Positions 10,051-19,482 of a stretch of DNA of 64,000 nucleotides are shown here, piece by piece. The translations under genes were made by a program, and so were the position numbers. Under the pieces are notes generated by a model, which was not told where the DNA came from, did no database searches, and saw only the letters and a program-made list of their open reading frames with translations. Every line of letters begins with the position of its first letter. Positions within the stretch are counted from its first letter, which is position 1. Source of the DNA: Chloroflexota bacterium (GTDB taxonomy: Bacteria > Chloroflexota > UBA11872 > VXOZ01); assembly GCA_963663275.1 (NCBI GenBank), contig OY760183.1, positions 1,440,001 through 1,504,000 of the forward strand, given 5' to 3'.

Positions 10051-10173
10051 GAATCCCAGAGTCGCTTTCTTGCTCGGTGAGGGTGTGCTCTCTACATGGT
10101 ACAATACCGGCGGCTCGAGGCCACTGCTTCCGCCCGGCGGGATGCTGGCGCGGCGCACGATCGGGGAGCACCC

Positions 10174-10770
10174 ATGCAGGATGAGCGCGGGACGGATCTG
10201 CGTGCGGCGGAGGCGGACCGTGAAGAGACTGGCGCGGCGCTGTCCGCCAAGGGCATTCAGACTCTTGCGTGCTTGCGGCGGGCGCGGGCGGCCGCGCCGC
10301 GCAACCCAAACTTGACCGCGCCGGAATGGGAACTGCTTGGCCGGTTCGGCCTGAATTCCGTGGAGGCGGTGCGGCGGCGCATGGGGGAACGCGCGCTGCT
10401 GGCCGCCTACGACGGCGCGCCGGCCGCTCTCATGGAAACACTGGTGGAGCGGGCGGAGTCGCCTGCGCGGGACGGGCGCGGGTCTGCAAACGGACGGCCG
10501 CGCGGAGAGACCCGCCGGGAAACCCTGCTGGAGACGACGCTCTGCTACGAGCCGGACGCCGGGCGCGTGCGCGTGGAGTACGCCATGACGCGGCGGCAGG
10601 TTGCGGTCGACGAGAGCGGTCAATGCCAGGAGACCCGCGACGGCGAGTTCTACGCGGTGGCTTTTGACACGGGCGGCGGTGTCGTCTGGCGGGAGTGGGG
10701 CGCGCTGCGGCGCGTGCCGGGAATACCCGTGGCGCGGCGCGACGTCACGGTCGAGGTCGCCCCCCGGTAG
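10174..10770 (+). CDS. Hypothetical protein
   Basis: ATG after GGGGAG and protein-like composition; the stop codon TAG comes from a REP half-site. Confidence 0.45.
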   Translation: MQDERGTDLRAAEADREETGAALSAKGIQTLACLRRARAAAPRNPNLTAPEWELLGRFGLNSVEAVRRRMGERALLAAYDGAPAALMETLVERAESPARDGRGSANGRPRGETRRETLLETTLCYEPDAGRVRVEYAMTRRQVAVDESGQCQETRDGEFYAVAFDTGGGVVWREWGALRRVPGIPVARRDVTVEVAPR

Positions 10771-10836
10771 GGGCACGACACTCCCCGGCAGGGACACGAC
10801 GCCCCCCGGTAGGGGCACGACATGTCGTGCCCCTAC
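10767..10836. repeat. GTAG-type REP palindrome GTAGGGGCACGACATGTCGTGCCCCTAC with two 21-bp half-copies
   Basis: Perfect 28-bp palindrome at 10809-10836; identical copies at 27851, 36269 and 46232. Confidence 0.85.
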
Positions 10837-10840
10837 CGGG

Positions 10841-11055
10841 GGAGACCGTTGCATAACCCCTTCCCCATCGAAGGCTGACAGGGGTATGTACTATAGAATC
10901 GACTTCACGTGTCATTCCGAAAGGAGCGCAGCGGAGAGAGGAATCTAAGGTGCCACACTACAAAACAGCAGCTCTAGATTCCTCGCTCCGCTCGGAATGA
11001 CATTTACATACCCTTGTCAGCCCATCGAGGGGGAAGGTAGGGATGGGGGTGAAAC
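10841..11055. mobile_element. IS5-end MITE (copy B, right end missing) with nested CTGACAG-MITE at 10875..11020 in the opposite orientation
   Basis: Left end GGAGACCGTTGCATAAC; TSD CCCATCGAAGG / CCCATCGAGGG. Confidence 0.8.
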
Positions 11056-11096
11056 GGCTTGTCTCTATCCATGTCGCTAAACGTAGGTAATCCCGC

Positions 11097-11855
11097 GTGG
11101 CGCTGCTCAGCCTGACCGACTTTCAGACGCTGCTGCTCATGGGCGGCCTGGTGACGTTCCTTGCCGCCGCCGTCGCGGGCATGACGGGGTTTGGCTACGG
11201 TCTCGTCAGCGTGCCTCTGCTGATGCTCGTGCTGCCGCCCAAGGTGGTGGTGCCGGCGGTCACCACGCACATCTTGCTGCTCTCATTGCTCATACTCCTG
11301 GACGTCGTCAAGCAGGTGAACCTGCGGCGCATCTGGCCGTTGATGGCTACCGGCCTGTTCGGGTTGCCGCTGGGCATCGCCGCGCTGCTCGTGTTGAGCG
11401 AGGGGGCGCTCAAGACGATCGTCGGCGTGGTGATCGTGTGCTTCGCGGTCGCCTTGCTGCTGGGTCTCAACCTGGAGATCAAGAACGAGAGACTTGCGCT
11501 CGCGCCGGTCGGCGTCGCGAGCGGGCTGCTGGCCTCGGGCATCGCCATGGCCGGGCCGCCGGTAATCCTCTTCTTCTCCAACCAGGGCATGCCGAAGCAG
11601 GTGTTTCGCGCGAACCTGGCCGCTTACTTCGTCTTTCTCAACACGATAACTATCCCCGCCCACGCGGCGAGCGGGCTGATCACCGGCGAGGTCGTGCGGT
11701 ACGCGCTGCTCTTCCTGCCGACGCTGGTGGCGGGCATGGCGCTGGGCAGCTTTCTCTCGCGCAAGGCGCCGGAGGCGCTCTTCCGGCGGGTGGTGCTGGT
11801 GGTGGTGCTCTGTACCGGGCTGCTGGCGATAACCTCGGGCATGGGGATCTTCTGA
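11097..11855 (+). CDS. Sulfite exporter TauE/SafE family membrane protein
   Basis: About eight TM helices with GMTGFGYGLVSVP and GIAMAGPPVILF motifs. Confidence 0.88.
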   Translation: MALLSLTDFQTLLLMGGLVTFLAAAVAGMTGFGYGLVSVPLLMLVLPPKVVVPAVTTHILLLSLLILLDVVKQVNLRRIWPLMATGLFGLPLGIAALLVLSEGALKTIVGVVIVCFAVALLLGLNLEIKNERLALAPVGVASGLLASGIAMAGPPVILFFSNQGMPKQVFRANLAAYFVFLNTITIPAHAASGLITGEVVRYALLFLPTLVAGMALGSFLSRKAPEALFRRVVLVVVLCTGLLAITSGMGIF

Positions 11856-11895
11856 GCGACTTGGCCGCGATGACGATTGGCACGCGCCCAAAGAG

Positions 11896-11919
11896 GCGGG
11901 GGACAAGCCCCCGCGCTAC
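11896..11919. repeat. GTAG-type REP family GTAGCGCGGGGGCTTGTCCCCCGC
   Basis: Further copies near 18031, 18101, 29897-30205, 39185-39247, 49165-49222, 49341, 53263 and 55777. Confidence 0.85.
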
Positions 11920-11947
11920 GGGGTGGAGGTGTTGGTGGGGGGATGTG

Positions 11948-12490
11948 CTAGCCGGAACGGGATGCGCGGAGCGTTTCCATGACCGCCTCCCAGCGGGCGG
12001 GGTAGCTTTCGTGACTCATGCGCGGTGTGAAGCCCAGTTTCAGGTAGATGTGGATCGCGGGCAGACGCCCGTCGTCGGTGAGCAATTGCACGGATTCAAA
12101 GCCGCGTTCTCGCAAGCGGTGCAGCACCGCCAGCGAGAGCCAGTATCCCAGGCCGTGGCCGCGATGGTCGGGATGCACGCAGACCATGTGCACCGTGCCG
12201 CGCTCCGGCGGGTTCCTCTCCTCGTGAAACGCGGTGGCGGTGCCGACGACCTGTTCGCCCCGTACGGCAAAGAACATGCCCCCGGCGTCGAATCCCGGCG
12301 CGCCGATGATGTTCTCTCGGCACGCCTCGACGGTCCACGACGAGTTCATCGCCACCCGCACGAGATCCGTCCAGAGCGTCTCGTCGTTGGGCCGGTAGGA
12401 GCGGATGCGGTAGGGTTCCGGTACCCGCATGGGGGGCAGGTCGTCCAGGTGCGGACGTTCCATGATCAACTGGGGATTAGCCTTGCTCAC
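11948..12490 (-). CDS. GNAT family N-acetyltransferase
   Basis: GTG after AAGGAG; motif A VHPDHRGHGLG and AIHIYLKLGF. Confidence 0.88.
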   Translation of the reverse strand: MSKANPQLIMERPHLDDLPPMRVPEPYRIRSYRPNDETLWTDLVRVAMNSSWTVEACRENIIGAPGFDAGGMFFAVRGEQVVGTATAFHEERNPPERGTVHMVCVHPDHRGHGLGYWLSLAVLHRLRERGFESVQLLTDDGRLPAIHIYLKLGFTPRMSHESYPARWEAVMETLRASRSG

Positions 12491-12550
12491 GACGCTGCTC
12501 CTTGCCGTGGCTATTGTTCTCGTCAACGCTCTCGCGCCCCGACGTCCTGC

Positions 12551-12722
12551 CCTCACCCTAACCCTCTCCCAGAGGGAGAGGGGACAAGAGGCGGGCTAGG
12601 CATTGTCAGTTGCCTCTCCGGTTACGCAAAGGTCTCTACAGGAGAGGGAACTTTCAAGACTTTCTCCCACGTGGAGAGGGAACTTTCAAGGTTTTCTTCC
12701 ACATGGAAAAGGAACTTTCAGG
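12551..12722. repeat. CCCTCACCCTAACCCTCTCCC-GGGAGAGGG hairpin, an IS5-like end (GTTACGCAAAGGTCTC) and three 32-bp tandem units
   Basis: Units GGAGAGGGAACTTTCAAG start at 12641, 12673 and 12705; the last overlaps the stop codon of the dehydratase gene. Confidence 0.75.
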
Positions 12723-13902
12723 ATTTTGGAATGGTACCGGCGGGATCGTTGAAGATTGTCCCTCCCCAGGTATCCCGCGTCGGGCGGCTCCAGGGCGTGG
12801 GGATGTGGCGGTACGGATGCCTGCGCAGCGCCTCCTCGTCCAGTTCGATGCCCAGTCCCGGCGCGTCCGGTATGCGCAGCGTGCCGTCCGGTTGCAGGAC
12901 TTCCAACGAGTCTACCACGATGTCCTGCCGCCAGGGACAGCCAAAGAGGAACGATTCCAAAATCAGCACGTTGGGGATGCAGCCGACCGCCTGGAGCGTG
13001 GCCGCCATCGCCACCGGACCGTAGGGATTGTGGGGCGCGACCGGGATGTCGTAGGTCTCGGCCCAGGCGGCGATTTTCTTGGCCTCCAGAATGCCGCCGG
13101 TATGGCTGATGTCGGGCTGGATGACGTCGAGAAGCTGTTGCTCGATGTATTCCCGAAAGCCCCAGCGGGTGAAGAAGCGCTCGCCCGCGGCGATGGGCAT
13201 GCCGATGTGCGCCTGCGCCAGTTTGGCGTAGGCCGCGGGGTTGTCCGGTCGCAGGGGTTCCTCATAGAAGAAGGGCCGGTAGGGGCGCAGCGCCGCAGCC
13301 GCCGCGATCGCGCTGGTGACGTTCAAGCGCCCGTGCACCTCTACGCAGAGATCGACGTCGTCGCCTACGGCTTCCCGCACCGCCGCGACGCTGGCCGCCG
13401 CTTCCCTGATCTCCCGCTCCGAGGCGGTGATCCAGGCGGTGAACGGGTCCCACTTCAAGGCCGTATAGCCTTGCGCCACGACCGCCTCGGCAGCGCGCGC
13501 GAACTCGTGCGGCGTGCTCGCGCCCTCGAACCAGCCGTTGGCGTAGACGCGCACGCGCTCCCGGCACGGCCCGCCCAGCAGCGCGTGCACCGGCAGGCCG
13601 GCGTCCTTGCCCTTGATGTCCCAGCACGCCTGCTCCAGCGCGCTGATGGCGGTGTTGTAGACCGGCCCGGTGCCGCCGTACTCGCCCCGGTGCAGCAGTT
13701 GCAGGTTGTTCTCGATATGGCGGGGGTCTTCGCCAAGCAACACCGCGCCCAGTTCCTCGATGGCGGCGGCCGCGGTGCGCTCTTTCCACGCCAGGGGCGC
13801 TTCGCCCCAGCCGTGGAGGCCGGCGTCCGTGGTGACCTTGGCAAAGACCCAATTCCACCACTGGCCGTCTACGATGAACGTCTGGATACCCGTGATCTTC
13901 AT
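12718..13902 (-). CDS. Mandelate racemase/enolase-superfamily acid-sugar dehydratase (galactonate dehydratase-like)
   Basis: GWGEA, WDIKGK, KWDPF, EVHGR, EEP, AGER and APHNP motifs. Confidence 0.88.
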   Translation of the reverse strand: MKITGIQTFIVDGQWWNWVFAKVTTDAGLHGWGEAPLAWKERTAAAAIEELGAVLLGEDPRHIENNLQLLHRGEYGGTGPVYNTAISALEQACWDIKGKDAGLPVHALLGGPCRERVRVYANGWFEGASTPHEFARAAEAVVAQGYTALKWDPFTAWITASEREIREAAASVAAVREAVGDDVDLCVEVHGRLNVTSAIAAAAALRPYRPFFYEEPLRPDNPAAYAKLAQAHIGMPIAAGERFFTRWGFREYIEQQLLDVIQPDISHTGGILEAKKIAAWAETYDIPVAPHNPYGPVAMAATLQAVGCIPNVLILESFLFGCPWRQDIVVDSLEVLQPDGTLRIPDAPGLGIELDEEALRRHPYRHIPTPWSRPTRDTWGGTIFNDPAGTIPKS

Positions 13903-13906
13903 GCGG

Positions 13907-14665
13907 CTATGCGATGGGAGTCCGGTGGAACCTGCGGATGAAATCGGCCAGATTGTTGGTGATCACGTCCAGGAACGCCTTGCCTTTTGCGGCGGTGGCC
14001 ACGGTCGGGTCCCCGGCCACGCCGGTGGTGCCCGGGTCGAAGACCGGCCAGAAGTAGACCGGCCCGCCGGTGGGCAAGCGCGTCGGTGGAATGCGCAGGT
14101 CCTTGACCGCCGTGCTCATGTCCACGGTCTCTGCGCGCAGGTGGAGCAGCAGCGAGGTTTCGATTTCGCAGGCGTGGCCGACGTTCTTGCGCTCGCCCTC
14201 GACGATTTGCGCCATTTCCGCCGCCGCCAGGTCCCAGTAGGTGACCGCGGCCACCTCGATGCCCTCGGCGCCGAGTTTCATCGTGGCGGCTTTCATCGTC
14301 TGGTCGTTGCCGCCGTGGCCGTTCAGCAGCAGGACGTGGCGAAAGCCGTGCTGCCAGATGCAGGTGACGATTTCGCGGATCACCTGCGCGAACGTGTCCA
14401 CGCTAAGCGTGAGCGTGCCGGTGAAGTGCATGTGATGAGGCGAAACGCCTGTCCACACCGGCGGCGCGACGAGCACGGGAACGTCGGGCGCGAGGGCCTC
14501 CGCCGCCGCCAGCGCCACGGTCTGCGCCGCGAAGATGTCGGTGTCCACCGGCAGGTGGCGGCCGTGCTGCTCGATCGAGCCTAGCGGCAGTACCACCACG
14601 GCGTCGCGGTCGCGCATGGCGGCGATTTCGTCACGCCGCATCCGCTGCCACTCGAAGTTTTCCAT
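13907..14665 (-). CDS. Creatininase family amidohydrolase
   Basis: GSIEQHGRHLPVDTD, NGHGGN and GHACEIETS motifs. Confidence 0.92.
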   Translation of the reverse strand: MENFEWQRMRRDEIAAMRDRDAVVVLPLGSIEQHGRHLPVDTDIFAAQTVALAAAEALAPDVPVLVAPPVWTGVSPHHMHFTGTLTLSVDTFAQVIREIVTCIWQHGFRHVLLLNGHGGNDQTMKAATMKLGAEGIEVAAVTYWDLAAAEMAQIVEGERKNVGHACEIETSLLLHLRAETVDMSTAVKDLRIPPTRLPTGGPVYFWPVFDPGTTGVAGDPTVATAAKGKAFLDVITNNLADFIRRFHRTPIA

Positions 14666-14706
14666 GCGATGCTCCTTTATGTGCGCCGCTCGTACTACGG
14701 TACTCC

Positions 14707-15531
14707 TTAGCCGCTAGTGCCCGGCGCGGAATACGGTTGAATGAGGCGGGCGGCGCTGAGGGTTTCCAGCGCCCCGCCGCCGCGATATTCGACTGTTCTG
14801 GAATCGACCTTCGTGCAGCCGCTGCCGTCGAAGTAGAGGCGGTCCACCAGGTCGGTGCTGTTGTAGCGGATGCGCACCGAGACCGGCGCGGGCACGGTGT
14901 AGGGCGTGAGTTCGCGGGCGCGCTGCACGGCGCGGCGCGCTTGCGTATGCAGGAGTTCCCGCGCGCGGCGCGGCGAAAGCATGCGCGCGGAGTGGCGTCC
15001 CAGCGCCTGTTTCACTTGCGCCGTCTCCACGTCGCCGAGGAGATTGCGCGCTTCGGCGCAGGCCTTGTCGTCGCCGGTGACCAGTCCTACCGGCACGCCG
15101 TGGGCGCCGGCGATGGCCGCGTCGATCATGATTTCGCCGGCCGGCTGCCCGTTGATCCAAATGTCCTGGTAAGAGGCCGAACTCATGGTGTGGTCGCGCA
15201 CGGCGTCGGCTGTGCCGGACATGGCGTGGTAGCCCACCAGCAGCATCACGTCCGCGTCCTCCAGGAAGGGAAACCGCCGCTGGTGCGCGCCGCCCATGAT
15301 GTAGTCGGCGGACTCGTGCAGTTCTTCATAGACGAAGTTGAAGCCGGAGGCGTGGGCGTCGACCACCAGCACGTCCGTCGCGCCGCCGTCCAGCGCGCCG
15401 CGAATGACGGCGTTGGTGTCGGCCACCAACGAGCGGCGCGCCTCTTGATAGAACAGCCGGCCGTGCAGGAGTTGCTCCGTGATGACGACGCCGCTGATGC
15501 CTTCCATGTCTACGGCAATGTACGCTTTCAC
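14707..15531 (-). CDS. M55 family D-aminopeptidase (DppA-like)
   Basis: VDMEGISG, VDAH, GYHAM, DHT, GE and VTGDD motifs; GTG start at 15531. Confidence 0.9.
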   Translation of the reverse strand: MKAYIAVDMEGISGVVITEQLLHGRLFYQEARRSLVADTNAVIRGALDGGATDVLVVDAHASGFNFVYEELHESADYIMGGAHQRRFPFLEDADVMLLVGYHAMSGTADAVRDHTMSSASYQDIWINGQPAGEIMIDAAIAGAHGVPVGLVTGDDKACAEARNLLGDVETAQVKQALGRHSARMLSPRRARELLHTQARRAVQRARELTPYTVPAPVSVRIRYNSTDLVDRLYFDGSGCTKVDSRTVEYRGGGALETLSAARLIQPYSAPGTSG

Positions 15532-15603
15532 GCTTGCGCGTCCTTTCCGTTGCGCGTCCAAAGGCCCGGCCCGCCGGGTTGGCGGCCGCGGCCGGGAAGC
15601 GGG

Positions 15604-15793
15604 GCGGCGGCTTTGCGCAGGTTACAAACCTGCGCTACCGTGCGGCGGCTCTGCGCAGGTTGGAAACCTACGCTACCGGGGGGCGGCTCTGCGCAGATTG
15701 GAAACCTACGCTACCGGGCGGCGGTCTTGCACAGGTTACAAACCTGCGCTACCGTGCGGCGGCTCTGCGCAGGTTACAAACCTACGCTACCGG
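15604..15793. repeat. Five tandem 38-bp units of the REP GCGCAGGTT(A/G)(C/G)AAACCT(G/A)CGCTAC
   Basis: Exact 38-bp period (15615, 15653, 15691, 15729, 15767); linkers are near-constant. Confidence 0.88.
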
Positions 15794-16127
15794 TGTACCG
15801 GTCGCCGCAAGTTATTCGAACTACCGAACCAAAACACACCGCGGGCCGCGCCTTGCCGCGCGCTGAACGGGCAAGGCGAGATTATTATAGTCGTTTTGCG
15901 CGTTTCGCGTAAATGCGCGGGCTCTTGCTGACATGTTCCCCCAACTGTGATACGCTCTCAAAAGAGCGGTACCGTGTGCGGGGAACCGCATAGCAGGTCC
16001 CGCGACGGCGCGGCATACAACGAGAAGCCGGACTCTGGGGCGTTGGACATTGGGTTCGCGGCGGCTGTGACAGCGGAGCGGCGGAATTGGCGGTCGCGAC
16101 GACGGTGAGGAAGGAAAATAACCCACC

Positions 16128-18011
16128 ATGCGAGGCACGAATAGGTCGATGAAGACTCTGCGTCACACACCGGGAGCGCTAGCCCTGCTGGTGTTATTCT
16201 TCATGCTGGCGGCGGCGCCGAGCCACGCCCAGGAGGCTACTACCTTTCCGGCGGCGACGGTCACCGGGAACTTCTACAACGAGACGTTACGGCACAATAT
16301 CCCCAACCTCTTGGTCACGCGGAACAACGAGACGCACAACGTCAACTTTCTCGACCACTATCGTGCCACCGGCGGCCTGATCCGGTGGGGGCATCCCACC
16401 TCCGAGGTAATCGAGGAAGAGACCGGCAACCTGGCGCAGTACTATCAGCGGGGCGTGGTGGACTGGCACTGGCGCGCCGACCTGGGTGGCTACGTGATGG
16501 AGCGCCGCCTGGCGTGGGACTTCTTTGGCGGCGGCGCCGGCGGCAGCTTCGACCAGGGGGTCGAACCGGGCATCCTCAACCCGCACCCGGGCGAGGAAGT
16601 CGGCCCATGGGGGCACAAGGTTTCGGACTTTTCGATCGAGGGCATCTATACCGGTTTCAAGGGGTTCTATGAATCTCTGGGCGGGGTGCAGGCCTTTGGC
16701 TATCCCAAGACCGACGCGCGCATCGACACCAATGCGGACGGCACGCTGCACATCCAAGCGGCGACCCCCGGCTTCATCCGCCAATACTTTCAGTCGGCCG
16801 TGCTGGAATACCACCAGGGGGATGACGACCCGGTCAAGCTGCGGCTGCTGGGCGACGACCTGCGCAACCTGAACTATCCGGGCGATAGCTGGCGATCGTA
16901 TGCGGCGTTCAATGAGGCAACCGCGCTCAGTGAAGGACAGCAGTACGCGGTGCCCCGGGTCGTGCGCGGGCGCACGGGCACGGGACAGCCGGCCCCCGCG
17001 CCGCGGCCGACGGCCGCGCCGCGCGCCACACCCGGCATCGTGCCCACGGCGCCGCCCGGCGTCACGCCTACGCCCATTACCGCGCCCCCAACGATACCCA
17101 CGCCGTCCGGCGTCACCAGCGTATGGTTCGCGACGTACGGCAGAGGTGTTTCGCACTTCAATGGGGCGGAGTGGACGTATGAACGCACCTTCGATTCCGC
17201 GCTCCCCGATGATCGTGTGCTGGACGTCTACATCGACTCGGCCGGCGCGAAGTGGATTGCGACCGAAAACGGCCTGGCGCGGCTGCACAACGGCTCGTGG
17301 ACGGTCTACAATTCGAACACGCGCGGCTTCCCCCCTGGGAACAGGATCACGTCCGTCCATAGCCACGGCGGTCTCCTGTTGATTGGGACCGACGGCAGCG
17401 GCGCGGGCGTGTTCTCCAACAACAGGTGGGAGAGTTTCAGGACCGGCAACGTCTCCGGCATCCCCAGCAACAACGTGCGGGACGTGCTGGTGTACAGCGC
17501 GGAACCGCGGCGGGCGTGGCTGGCTACCGCCAACGGCGTCGCTCGGTATGACGACGGCCAATGGCAGATCTACCGGCAGGCGCAGGGCCTTGCCAGCAAC
17601 GATACCCTGAGTGTGGCAATTGATGGCAACCGTGTGTGGGTAGGCACGAACGGCGCCGGCGTCAGCGTCTACGACGGCACAACCTGGACGACCTACGACA
17701 CGTCCAACTCCAAGATTGCGCATGACACCGTGCGCAGCATCACCGTGGGGCCGGTCGGCCGGGTCTGGCTGGCAACGGACGGCGGCGTCAGCGTCTACGA
17801 CAATTCAAGTGGAACGTGGAAGAGCTACAGCACGTTCAATTCCAGCTTGGTGCACAATAGCGTCTACGACATTGCCGTGGACGAGCGCGGCCGGGTCTGG
17901 ATAGCCACCAACGCCGGCGCGAACCTGCTGGAGGGCGGCCGCTGGACGTCGTTCCAGGTTGCCAATTCGCACATCGGCCACGATAGCCTCCGCGCGGTGG
18001 CCGTAGAGTAA
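16128..18011 (+). CDS. Secreted protein: Chloroflexota-type N-terminal repeat domain, Pro/Thr linker and two-component-regulator-type beta-propeller
   Basis: Signal peptide ...PSHA-QE; two GG..(W/F)G(H/Y)P...QY(Y/F)Q repeats; multiple W(I/L)AT.(N/D)G / W..Y...NS.L..(N/D).V repeats. Confidence 0.8.
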   Translation: MRGTNRSMKTLRHTPGALALLVLFFMLAAAPSHAQEATTFPAATVTGNFYNETLRHNIPNLLVTRNNETHNVNFLDHYRATGGLIRWGHPTSEVIEEETGNLAQYYQRGVVDWHWRADLGGYVMERRLAWDFFGGGAGGSFDQGVEPGILNPHPGEEVGPWGHKVSDFSIEGIYTGFKGFYESLGGVQAFGYPKTDARIDTNADGTLHIQAATPGFIRQYFQSAVLEYHQGDDDPVKLRLLGDDLRNLNYPGDSWRSYAAFNEATALSEGQQYAVPRVVRGRTGTGQPAPAPRPTAAPRATPGIVPTAPPGVTPTPITAPPTIPTPSGVTSVWFATYGRGVSHFNGAEWTYERTFDSALPDDRVLDVYIDSAGAKWIATENGLARLHNGSWTVYNSNTRGFPPGNRITSVHSHGGLLLIGTDGSGAGVFSNNRWESFRTGNVSGIPSNNVRDVLVYSAEPRRAWLATANGVARYDDGQWQIYRQAQGLASNDTLSVAIDGNRVWVGTNGAGVSVYDGTTWTTYDTSNSKIAHDTVRSITVGPVGRVWLATDGGVSVYDNSSGTWKSYSTFNSSLVHNSVYDIAVDERGRVWIATNAGANLLEGGRWTSFQVANSHIGHDSLRAVAVE

Positions 18012-18125
18012 AGTCCTCTCTCTCCGAACCGTAGCGCGGGGGCTCGTCCCCCGCCGGCGGCGCGGGGCACGATGGAGAGAGCGCGGGTTGCGGGTGAACC
18101 GTAGCGCGGGGGCTCGTCCCCCGCT

Positions 18126-18267
18126 GGAGACTTTTGCATAACTCCGTCATTCCGGCGAAAGCCGGAATCCAGAGCGCATTCACAACCAAAAACGTCATGA
18201 AGTCAAGCCGCTTCACCCCCATCCCAACCTTCCCCCTCGATGGGGAAGGGGTTGTGCAAAGGTCTCC
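18126..18267. mobile_element. IS5-end MITE (copy C, 142 bp), the EMPTY form without the nested element
   Basis: Ends GGAGACTTTTGCATAAC and GTTGTGCAAAGGTCTCC; carries GTCATTCCGGCGAAAGCCGGAATCCAG and the uninterrupted palindrome CCTTCCCCCTCGATGGGGAAGG. Confidence 0.88.
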
Positions 18268-18359
18268 GCCCGGCGCGGCGTCCGACGTCAGTGCGGACGG
18301 GGAATCTACGGCTCCTTGCGGAAGATGAATGACGGCATGAGCGTTCGCTGAACCTGCTG

Positions 18360-19028
18360 ATGCGAGACCCGGTACGGCACCTCAAAGCGCTGGCGTTCGC
18401 GGTGACGGTCTTTCTGATCACGTCATTCGCCCTGGCGCAGGTCTATCCGCAACTCTTTCCCTTCATGCCCTACGTCTGGCCGTACGTAACCGGCGGCTCC
18501 CTGACCTACACCGGCACGGAACTGGAGAGCGCCCCGGCGCCGCCCTTTGCGCTCCGGGACCAGCGCGGCGCGATGGTTTCCCTTGCCGACTGGCGGGAGC
18601 GCATCGTGCTGCTGACTTTCCTCGATCCCCTGTGCACCGACGACTGCCTGTTCATGGCGCAGCAAATCGCCGCAGCCCACGAGCGTCTGGCGGCCGACGG
18701 GGAGGAACTTGTGGTGCTGGCTATAAATGTCAATCCTGAGGCGCAGTCTCCGGAGGCGATGCGCGCCTTTCTCCAAAGCCGGGGGCTTGGCGATGATCCG
18801 GCCTGGCACTTTCTCGGCGGCGAGTGGGAGGCGGTGGCGGAGATCGTGGCGGCGTACCACGTGGTGGCGGGCGCGCCGAAACCGGAGAAGCCGGGCGAGG
18901 TGGCGCACCAGGACGTGGTGTTCCTGATTGACCGGCAGGGCAATCTGCGGGTGCTCATCACCTACCCCACCCCGGTCGGCGCCGCCATGCCGGACGTGAT
19001 CGTGTGGCGGGCGCGGGAACTATGGTAG
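18360..19028 (+). CDS. SCO1/SenC family copper chaperone
   Basis: TM anchor, thioredoxin fold with CxxxC (CTDDC) and a distal His (VAHQDVVFLID). Confidence 0.88.
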   Translation: MRDPVRHLKALAFAVTVFLITSFALAQVYPQLFPFMPYVWPYVTGGSLTYTGTELESAPAPPFALRDQRGAMVSLADWRERIVLLTFLDPLCTDDCLFMAQQIAAAHERLAADGEELVVLAINVNPEAQSPEAMRAFLQSRGLGDDPAWHFLGGEWEAVAEIVAAYHVVAGAPKPEKPGEVAHQDVVFLIDRQGNLRVLITYPTPVGAAMPDVIVWRARELW

Positions 19029-19085
19029 AGCCGCTCGCGATTGACGTTGCCCGGTCGATCTACCCTCACCCCGGCCCTCTCCTCT

Positions 19086-19384
19086 CGTGACCTTTGCAAA
19101 AGCCCCTTCCCATCGAGGGCTGACAGGGGTATGTAAGTGTCATTCCGAGCGGAGCGAGGAATCTAGAGATGCTGAATTTGCAGGGCTGTGTTCTAGATTC
19201 CTCTCTCCGCTGCGCTCCGCTCGGAATGATACGTCAAGGCGATTCAGGATTGCCTACCCCTGTCGGCCCATTGAGGGGGAAGGTAGGAATGGGGGTAAAA
19301 GGGATTGACCCTTGCTATCTTTAGTTGTAATGGCGCCCTGGATTCCGGCTTTCGCCGGAATGACAGAATTATGCAAAAGATTCT
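19086..19384. mobile_element. IS5-end MITE (copy D) in a REP loop, with nested CTGACAG-MITE at 19120..19266
   Basis: Flanked by CCCTCACCCCGGCCCTCTC and GGGAGAGGG; inner TSD CCCATCGAGGG / CCCATTGAGGG. Confidence 0.83.
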
Positions 19385-19482
19385 CTGGGAGAGGGAGTTT
19401 CGTTCCGCGCCGGCCGCGGTTTCGCAAGGGTCTCAACTGGATAGCGAACGAGCGCGGGAATTGGTCATTCGCCACTGTCAGG

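Noticed and set aside
10051-10854. Long N-terminal extension of ORF 9361..10854
   Set aside because: It begins in REP DNA and overlaps a plus-strand gene; a clean start with a TM segment exists at 10050.
15604-15793. Possible mini-CRISPR with a 38-bp period
   Set aside because: The linkers are short and near-identical, so they are not spacers.
15960-16127. Possible riboswitch upstream of the secreted propeller protein
   Set aside because: No recognisable conserved riboswitch motif could be found by eye; an Rfam/Infernal scan would be needed.
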